Source: Daphnia carinata (Eukaryota). From it: a DNA stretch of 64,000 nt. Both the position numbers and the translations under genes were made by a program. The stretch lies in assembly GCF_022539665.2 (NCBI RefSeq), contig NC_081334.1, positions 1,364,001 through 1,428,000 of the forward strand. The letters run 5' to 3'. The notes under the pieces were generated by a model. That model was given only the letters and a program-made list of their open reading frames with translations. It did not search any database and had not been told where the DNA came from. Of the stretch, positions 54,296 through 64,000 are shown piece by piece (the stretch's first letter is position 1; each line of letters starts with the position of its first letter).

Positions 54296-56764
54296 TTCAG
54301 CGAATTGAAAGATTCAGTTTTGGACCACGAGACAGAATATGGTTCGCAAGATAATATAAGTACAAAGTGGTTCAGAAACGCGATCGCAACGATTACTATC
54401 CTTTTTCATTCGAATTTTTTCCAAATTAACCTAATCTCAGTATTTTTCTAGACGTTCTCGAAATTTTGTCTGCTCTCAAAACGCCATCTGTTGTACGACT
54501 GACGAACTGTGTAGCGGTCATCTTTCAGTCGAATTGAGTAGGGGAGGTTGTAGTGTTCTCGTCTTCATTCTTTAGTAGTAACGATAATCATTGCACTTAA
54601 TTTTCACGCCAAAGCTGTTGTGCTCTATAATTGTCTAGTATTTTAATTGTATCACAAAACTAGAACCATTTTATTGTGCATGATTGTCATGATGTTGATT
54701 GTACCACTCACTGTGTGATTAACATGTGGCAAAAAGGTGACATGGTGTGGCAACGAAACGTGCTTACTTTCGTTTCTCATGTGCTCGTTATGCCGGAAAA
54801 ATGTGGAGCTTTTGTAAAGTACCGTTGTCTTTGTTCTGAGGCATATTTTTGGCTCCGGAATAAGACGTGTTCATGTTCACAAGTTTTAATTTTTTAATAT
54901 AGAAACTCGGTATTGCAAGAAGTTGGACCACGTGAAACTCGATCGATCAGGTTGGAAGGCGTCTCGTTCTTTTCGGCAACGTGTGCGTTCCTGACTGGTG
55001 AATTATGGCTCCATCAAGTTTCGTTGTTTGCCCGAACAAATAAATGTCATCGTTTTTCCGTCTTTTCCACAAGAATGATGGAAACATTCCTGAATACATT
55101 TCACAAATTCGTATTCGTCCAGACGTGGTTTTCTTCACGAAGAACACTCTCGGGTAATTTCATTTTCTAAATTTTTCCCAATTCACGTTTGTCTCAAACC
55201 ACTATTTATCTTTTAAAATTTAATTTATCCAGATGTTAAAACCATGGGCTGGAAATGAAAATCGAACATCAGTTCGAATGCAGCTACTTGTTATAGCCTC
55301 AACGTTGACGTACCAATGTTTGACATCCAGCATACTGCGACTGCAAGAACATTGGTCTACACTGGCATATTGTTTCTCAGTCATGAGTAAATATTGGCAA
55401 AAAGCATTTGGCTAGGCACAATTGACGGTTACACAAGTCTTGTGCTAGTACCGGAGAGCGACACCAATTGGACCAGTAGGGGAATGTTACCTAGGTATGT
55501 GGCTTTTTATTAACTATTTTCAAGGCGAAGGCGTTTGAAAGTGGAATCGGAATTTCAAATACCTTTGCTAGACCGTACAAGCGAAAAAGAAAAACCTGCG
55601 TGCATGACTAGAATAAATGTGTAATGGCATTTCTCAGCGGGGGCGTTGCATGTATAGACAATCACAAGATTCACGTGTATACATTGGCCCGCACACTACA
55701 AAATCACGACAGAGCTACCGTGTTTGCGTATATATGCACAGTATGCCGGTTATTTCACGTGGAAGCAATCGTTCACTACCCCAAAGAGCATACATTTGAA
55801 TTGAGAAAAAAATGTAGAATATGTGCATTGCAAGGCCTTGTACAGCCAGATTATCACATAGGCCGCTCTGAACAACTTGAATGGAATTCAAATTTGAATC
55901 AGTTTCGTTCGCATTTTCCTCGGTTCGTTATGGAATTTTTTTGCTTGATTTAGAACTAGGTTCATTATTTTTTGCTCCTCAAATTAGCGGTGATTTGCGT
56001 TCAGTTGCCGATTCTGTCGCCTCACCTCTTCTATCAAGAATGTCTTTTGTAGAGTTATATAGTAGTCTATGCGTAGCATCCCCACACGGTTCCTTGTAGA
56101 GGTCTAGACTCGGGGAACCTACGTTTTGAATTCAGTTGCATGGTGTTCATGGCAGTGGAAGGAAGTGTTCCGTTCATCAGCTGTGCTAGCGATATTGAAT
56201 TCTGAACGTATATTTTCATTATATTCAACTATTTGGATTTTTAACTCAGTCACACACATTTTACTGCGATCGACTCCGTCTCGCGAAGGTAAAACAACCA
56301 ACTATCTCGGAGCAAACTTATAAAGCAACATCCCCGCACTGATACACATCACCGGACCTTGCCTGTAACATAATTAAGAACACGGCAAGAGACCCCCTGA
56401 TTGGTATCTGTGAGCATACCCTACTCAATTTCCGCGTTTTGACATTTTTTTATTTGAAAATTCTTATCTTACATGGTAATCTTTCTTCGAGTCGCTCTTC
56501 AGCTAGAACAAGGAGGGGCTATCTTACCGATCCATCACTTTTATCTCTCCTGCTCTCGCCTGCGTTTTTCAACTTCTTTCAACTTCCTTGAAATCACAAC
56601 AATAGTAAGGGGTAAAAAAAGATCAACTCGAGTGATTGAAAAATAGATTTACTTACCGTGTACGACTAATGCGTAGAATGGGCTACATGTAAAAAAAAAA
56701 TGTTTTATTTCAGCCGTGACCTTAGTTTTGGCGTGTTCGAATTGGATCTGAGAGAACGTGAAGA

Positions 56765-59700
56765 ATGACAGTCGGCAATCAATCTCAAACGTATGAACAA
56801 TTTTTACTTACCGCCAATAGGAATTGCAGACCGATGTGCATGAAGTGAACAGCTGCGATCTGTCTACAAACGTATCGGTTAATAGATGTAGTGATTTCAT
56901 TTTTGCGCTGCCCCCCCCAAGTCTTTTCTATTACAAATAGAATAGAAAAGACGACATTGTTACCTAACCTGTAAATTCAGAATCCAGGCATGAACCACCG
57001 AATAGAGTTCTACCAGGGTTTTTCGTTTTCCCTTTTCTGTCGTCACCCCTTACCTCTACAGTGGTTCATAAATCCTAACTAGAAAAAAGGTTCTGACATA
57101 ATAAGTGACTGGACCTGTGCTTGCAGGCCAGCAAAAGGGGGCTCCTCTCAACAGATGTTTCAACAATGTAATGTAGGGTCACCGTACAATAAAATGGGAA
57201 TAATGTACAATGTGGAAAAAATTGCCGACCATTTCGCAACAAAAAATTTTCATTTCAGTTAATTTTGTAAATTTAACAAATTACAATATAACAGCATTAA
57301 CATACCAGTTACGACAAACATTGTTCCTAATATTTTTAATTTGTATTTTATTGGGATTTTATTTCCAGATATCCAATGATTGAGGAAACGGAGCAAATCT
57401 CTTTCCACATCGCTAATGACAATTCTGGTGCCGAAGAGAGTTCCGATCCCGGTACCAGGATTTTGCTGGACATCAATAGTCACAAAACCAATGTTTGTGT
57501 TACACCATCAGAACAATTAAACAATGAAACATCAAGAATGAATTCAAGTTCTACGTTATCGAATAATCGAGAAGATTTGGGCCTCGGGATTCAAGAATGT
57601 CCAGCGGCTTTGAAAATGAATGTATGTAGAAGACCGAAATAAATTATGTGTCCATAGTTACCCATTCAAAATATTCTAATTTTGGCATACAGGCCTCGTC
57701 AACTTCAGCCCGCGTAGAAGAACAGCGTTTAAGAATTAACCGGACGGTTTTCTTGTGGTCCAGCTTTATTTGCTTCATTTTTCTGGTCGGTGCCATCTCA
57801 TTAGGGTGAGTAATAATAGAAATAAAGTATCATTACTTTTCTACTCCGCCTGCGAAATTGCTTATTCCGCAATTTAGCATATCTCAATAGTCGTCTGTAG
57901 GATGGTAAATTTGGTCATGCAGCGTGACAAATGCCGTAAAAGTAAAAAGGCCAGCGTGCCCTCATAAAGAAAATTATGATTAGTTCTGTACTATGTAGGC
58001 CTCTACGTCTCTATCCATACTTGGCAAAAAAAAATGGGAGGAGGGGAGCGAATCAATGGCCGGGCAAGATGTGCTCCAACAGCTTTGTATTTAATCAGCC
58101 GCAGTTTTTTTCTACTGTTTATTCAAAGGGGAAGATGCGTTAATCGTTAATGGGTAATAAATCCTAAGTTAATCCGATTATGCTATGACTCCTACCGTGC
58201 CGTATTGTAAGCGTCGTTTTATTACCCTATCTGGATGTCGGTTGACAGTATTAGGGAATTAGCTTTAGGACTTCACGAATCGCCCATAAAAGTTGCAGTT
58301 CTCGACTACAAATATTCTTAGACACCCGTGTTAAATGTGCTTATTGACAATTTCTTTAGGTTTTCTACTTTTAATATCTGTCTTTGTAAATATAAATGAA
58401 AGGGGCAAACAATGGAAGCATTGATAAAGCGCTCGTCGCGATTCACCTCACTGAATCTCCAGCAGCTCACAGAGCAATAACATCCACGTCGTTATCTGCC
58501 TCACCTTGCCATGAATCATGTTGACTTGGTGGTCTTTTTTTCAAGTTAGAAACTTGAGAGATCATCCCTTCCAGGCCAGAAAAGGTTACGAAGGAAAAAT
58601 GTGTAGATATTTTCGTTACACGGAGTTGAGACTGCGGGTGGGCGTACACGGCCTAACTCATATCCGAATGCATTTTTCACTTACCTTATGCATCGTAACA
58701 TTTATGTTCTAGCTTTCTGATGGCAGAAAAAAACTTGAGCGGATATGTCCTTGGGGAAAGAATTGCGTTACAGAACCAATAAATAATTTTAATTGTTGCA
58801 CGTCTGCTAGCACCATTTGAATCAATGTTGATTTTAAAGATTATCTTTCTTTTGAAATTCACAGCGCAATGCCAGAAGTGGAGGCGGGCTTTAGGAAATG
58901 ACTAGCTTAGCCTGTACAGTGAATTGTGTATTCACACAAGACGGTTTCAGCCAAGTCAAACAAACTTGACTCTCCTCGCAATCAGTTTTATTTGATTTGA
59001 AAGAAAAACGTTACACGTCAGCATAGCTTATTGACTCAAAGTTGCGTACAAATCAACTTGTGAATTTCAGTTTGATGAAGTGGAAGAAATTTAATCCATT
59101 CAACTAAATCGTGCATTTTGTTTAGGGTTATAATTTGGAACAAAAATCAAACAACCATACGGAACCCTATACGCCCGTTACCTGAATTACAAACGCGGTC
59201 ATGGCCAAAGCCAGGTAATCACATTTCCATCTAATTATTTTTCTCATATACATCGTGTTAATTTTGAACATAAATCATTAGTTACATAATTTGCTACAGC
59301 TCTATCGAGCACTTTGTTGCATTTTAAATGCTAGTGCACCTCGGAATATCTAATGTTTTACTCATTTCTTTGCATCAGTTCCAGATTTGTTTTGCCATAA
59401 TCGGTCCACGGTGGGTTTCTTATCCGATCTATTTATGGCTGGCTATGACATTACACGTACCAACCCATTTCGCAAGCAGATCTTTGGAAGACCTTTGTTG
59501 GAGCACACTTTGTTGCATGAATGTCGCCTATCACCTGACCCACAACGCTGTCAACCTAATGTTGAATCTGTCGTCATTGACAGTTTCATAGCTTATCAAC
59601 AGTGGGCTAGCCGTTACATAACATTCTCTCCAACCAAAGCCGAAGAGCTAGACGAATCCGTCCTTACGGCTGCTGTTTCTAGCGCTCAAGACAGCGATTT

Positions 59701-61832
59701 GCTGAGCATCCAAGCCGCATTGATGTCGGGTAACCTGGTTATTATGACTCACATCAAATGTCCTCACGTGAACGCCTCAAGGACTCGTGCACCTATTATT
59801 ATGTCCGAGTACGCTCATAGACTACGTTTGATGATGCTTACGAAAACGGAGGAAGAAGAAGAAATGGTTGAATGGGCTGAAGATTTTGGAGGGCATTTTG
59901 TTGACCGAGTGACTCTTGGAGCTGAAATCATTATTCGTTTTACGCTCAGCAGAAAAACGATTGATTTCTTTAAAAGAAAGAACCTTAGCTTTGACATGCA
60001 GGCCACAGCGAGCGCACTTTACATTTTGTCTCGAAACAATATTTCCGTTAACATTTCCAAAACGAACCAAAAGGTAGCAAGGGATTTTGTAGCAGCCGCT
60101 CAAATGCAAATTTACTCGGGTACTGCACTATCCGCGCCGCTGTCTGATTTGCAAGCAGCCGATCAATGGGTTCGTTCAGCCATGAAACACTTTACTGTAA
60201 TCAGTCTACAACTAAAGCCTATGGAACAGCTCTTCATCCAATTGTTTCAAAATAACACCTCAAAAATACAAGAGAAATGGCAAAGAAGCCGAAAAAGGAT
60301 ATGCCACCAATTTTTGCCACTCGCGTTGAATGGCAAGTGCGGAAACCCCAACAACAGTAGTTCTACATCTCTTCAACGACCAATGCAGCACACCAATCAT
60401 CCGGACAACGAACAATTCAACGTTTTCGTACTTCCATTACTTCAAATTTGGACCAATCGAAGTACTGTTTGCCTCCGCGCTTCCTGGAATCATTGGTACT
60501 GTAGAATAATTGGACAATTTCTATCATTCATATTAACAATCTATTCGTGTCGTATATTTGGTTTCACACACAGCTTGGAATTATGCCGTAATGATCCTCT
60601 ATGTTCGGCAGCCACCGTTTGTCTAACTTCAAATGCTGCTGTTTACCAATCAACAGATACAAATACTGCGCCTTCATGCCCAGCAGAATTTCGAAATTGC
60701 GATTGTGCTCTTCATCGACAGCAAGATTTCAGTCATGGTATTGTATCACCGAGGGTGATAACGCTGGTTCCGGAGCGGCAAGATTTGCGACCGGTGACAC
60801 TTCGCGGATTCGCAGTGTATGGGCAAACGCTATTGTTGGTCGATAGGATGCCTGATGTAGCCTCATGCGCACGTCTCTGCAGCCGAACAGCTGCATGCCA
60901 AATTGCTTCCTTTAGTCAATACGATTTAGGCCAACACAAAATTTGTAAGCTTTTTAGCAACATGACTGGAAATGAGCTAAGAAGAAAAGGGCGAGCCATC
61001 GTAAGTTACTCTTTTCTTTTACGTATTATTTCCTATCATTTATCATGTTGAACCATCGCCGCATTTTAAAAAATAGTAATTGCAAAAGAACAATGAATGT
61101 TCATTAATTACGATATAATTTTTTTCCCCTTTTATTGCAAGTCAATTTTGAATAATTTTATTTGCTTTTTCTTTTCCCGTGCAGACAGTATTTATGATGG
61201 CTACCTTTACACCATGTTTCTCTGGCGAAATAGAATCTGGGAGGACCAGCTGCCCGTCTAATGCAAACTGCTCTTCCTTCTATGGAATGTGTGTTTGTAT
61301 GCCTGGTTACTTCAAAAACGGAAGCACTTGCCTTTCCCGTAATCACGACTACCAATACGAAGCTGACGACGGTTTACAGAAAGCTCTTCCTGAGAATAGC
61401 GTTATCGTTAACGATGACTTCAATAGGAAAGATCAAGAGATGGATCAAATTCATGGAAATCATCAAATTTCTTCGTTTTTGAACAAGCCTCCTACACAAG
61501 ACGCTTCGCTTTGGTCTAATGTTCAAAAAGTGAAAGAAAACTTCACGTCGAGTGCTACCCATGTATTAACTACTGCCTCTTATGCATCAAGCACTATAGC
61601 GATCATGCACATGGAAACTGCTGGACCAAACGCTAATGAAATTCAAACGACTACCAATCAGCAAGACCGAGTGTCTAATACCGAGGATCCCACTGCCGTT
61701 ATTGCAGGGGTAACCGTATCAACGCATCGTGATCCTAATAAAAACAAAATGACATACTCAACCATGCATAGCAAATCTTCCTATGTACCGTGGCAAATGA
61801 GATCCTGGAATAGTAGGGCTACCACAGCTTGA
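56765..61832 (+). CDS. Predicted type-II membrane MACPF-domain protein with two PAN/apple-like modules, an EGF/EB-like module and a T/S-rich tail (about 890 aa; exons 56765-56790, 57369-57621, 57693-57805, 59126-59214, 59379-60495, 60574-61000, 61185-61832)
   Basis: All six junctions are GT-AG and phase-compatible. The TM TVFLWSSFICFIFLVGAISLG|VIIW spans exons 3/4. MACPF-like motifs AGYDITRTNPF and WAEDFGGHFVDRVTLGA; PAN-like CLELCRNDPLCSAATV and CARLCSRTAACQIASF...CKLFS; EGF/EB-like CPSNANCSSFYGMCVCMPGYFKNGSTC. Domain calls are by eye. Confidence 0.7.
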
Positions 61833-61999
61833 CAGTGAAGATCATTAACGGGAATCATACCAGGCCATAACAAAATGAAATTTCCTTTGTAAATCTAATT
61901 CAAAAATGAAAGCACCTTCATCTTCGATATTTAGCACAAAGCTGTAACCAATCCCGATGGGGATTCTACCTGCGAAAACTCTACTGGGCGAAAAAGGAC

Positions 62000-63260
62000 A
62001 CCATTGTTACTGTTCTCCGATATTAGATGGCGATTTCGTTTCTCGCGAGATGGCATTGGCGTTTCAATTCTAATGTCGGTATCCTGATGTAAATGTCATT
62101 CTGAAATACCTGTTTCCAGCAGTGTGCCCTTGAATTTTTAGTAAGACTGTTTAACGGAGGGATACTACCATTAAATGGAAGATGATGCAATAAATTGCAT
62201 TTAACTTGTTTATTTTTGACAAACAAGCCCTTCCTAATAGCCGTTTCATTTCCAGTCCTGACAACTATTCTCTGGGAATTGGCGCTATGTTTGGCTGTTT
62301 GCAAATGGCCGAAACTCCGAAAGGTAATAAGTCAACCATAAGTTTTTCGGCAAACCGGTCTACATAGCAGATACAGAAAGAATACACCAGTTTGAAAGAA
62401 TACTCTGCTTGGTAAAGTATACAAGTAGCATCTCAAAATTCCATTCATGAGAATTTAACTTATTTTTTCTTGATGAGCTTTCTATTGGCATGACATTAAC
62501 ATGCAGACATCTGTCATCAACTGAGGTGGTGTGCTTTACCTTGAATAAGAATAATTGTTCTTGCCTGTTGTGTTTTGGTAGGTTTCTTTCCAGAAGTTTC
62601 AGAACTGGAACTGCAACGGAGCTCTGGAGTGCAATATTGGCAGCCAATTTCCTTGCCCAATGCCATTTACACATTGCAAAGATTCTTCTTCAATAGTTCA
62701 TGGTAAAAAAAAATGTAAATGAGGGTCACATCTTTCATATGTGTGTATGACCATAGAATTGAATTCAGGATACTTAGCTTAGCCCATTTCTGATTAACTC
62801 CTATTGCAGTAAACAAGTTTCGTTTGAACACATACTATAAGCATTCATAATTTTTCTTTTTTTTTTTTAACAGGTTCAAGCCAGCATTTTAACAGGTTAT
62901 GCCATGGATGATTTGCGTTTTAGGCTGGGCAGTATAGTGCATCTGCAATTCATTGACTGGATGAATAATATAGGCAAGTGGCTTATCTGTGATAAAGCGA
63001 AGGACCCAGAAGTTTAATTGATTTTTTCTCAATTCCATTTTAAGGATTTTTTGTGGTAGTTTAAGTTTGATGCATAAGCGCCTTACCCTATTCTGACATC
63101 TGCCTTCCGGGGATAGCTGTTGATGATTTCCTGCCATATAGATTACAAGCTGTAGTTGCACAAAGCAGAAGAATTGCCTGCCTACGTTGTACGTACATAG
63201 CGTTTTTACAGTAGTATCTGACTCAAAAAGTATCAAACCAAAATTACTTCTTTCTAGCAG
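62000..63260. pseudogene. Possible decayed coding or transposon remnant
   Basis: Coding-like composition broken by stops in every frame. One plus-strand fragment (ELWSAILAANFLAQCHLHIAKILLQ) loosely resembles the CxxH region of Mutator-type transposases. No terminal repeats found. Confidence 0.15.
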
Positions 63261-64000
63261 AAGAGAAGCGTTGCAGTTGCATTTATTTCATCGAAAACGA
63301 GGGAAGATCAATCAGAAAGTGGCGTGCTTTAATTTTCTTCAAAAAGCTTTGGGTAGTAATAACTTAAGATTTAAGAAGAAATCGGAATCGACCGCCATAG
63401 AAAATTTGGATCGCTCAACTGATTGCCCATTAAAGAGACGGAAAGGCCCACGTCCCCGTTTCATTTGGCCGATGAAAATCATCAATATTTAAGGGCCCTA
63501 ATAAGGACATCAGCTCCGCCTCGCCGTGGAATAACTACTACATGAAGACTAACCTGAAACAAGCTGGAGATGCCCGCTTAACGTGGGCAGAAGGAGAGGA
63601 AAGTGGTGTTGTTTCTGATCTTGTCTACGATGGGCTTGAACGCAACGCCAATTTTAGTGGTGGCGATCTATGCCCGTGCAACAGCACCAACAAAACCAGT
63701 TGCAAAAAGGCCCAGCGATCTTTCACCACCAGCCCTCGTCGAATCGGTGCGATGAAGAGCACGTAGCGCGGTGCGCTAAACAGCAGTGACTTCAACCGCG
63801 AATCGCTTTGTTCTATCTATGTGTGTGTGTTTACGTAAAAAAGCGTAATGTAAAAAATATGGTGGGTTTTTTCTATTCGCTTCGTTTGTTTCTGTTGTGT
63901 ATGTCAAATGCACAACCTGTACAGAGCGGCTATTTCCACGGAGCTGTGTTGAGCGCGATTTTTTCCTTCGACGTTAAGTGCGTCACTGCCTTCACAAGCG

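Overview
Gene-dense eukaryotic genomic DNA with many short (about 55-120 nt) GT-AG introns. Gene content and intron style suggest an arthropod, most plausibly a branchiopod crustacean such as Daphnia (inference). By manually splicing exons I reconstruct 14 protein-coding genes: MPC1-like(+), Nup210/gp210(-), a divergent bestrophin(-), MED18(-), goliath/RNF150-type PA-TM-RING E3(+), RYBP/YAF2(+), UBE2N/Ubc13(-), MAPKAPK2(-), UXT(+), a GT7 beta-1,4-GalNAc-transferase(+), p190RhoGAP(-), TADA3(+), Hikeshi(-), and an unusual predicted type-II membrane MACPF + PAN/apple + EGF/EB protein(+). Probable 5' non-coding exons of a gene running off the left edge are also present. No rRNA, tRNA, CRISPR array or intact transposon was recognised. 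Best leads: (1) the N-terminally anchored MACPF protein; (2) UXT and the glycosyltransferase only 55 nt apart on one strand (possible dicistronic unit); (3) symmetric phase-1 cassette exons in p190RhoGAP flanked by four UGCAUG elements; (4) an MPC1 with Thr in place of conserved Asn33 and an AUG-rich leader; (5) a frame-incompatible first intron in TADA3. All gene models are hand-derived; no database searches were run.
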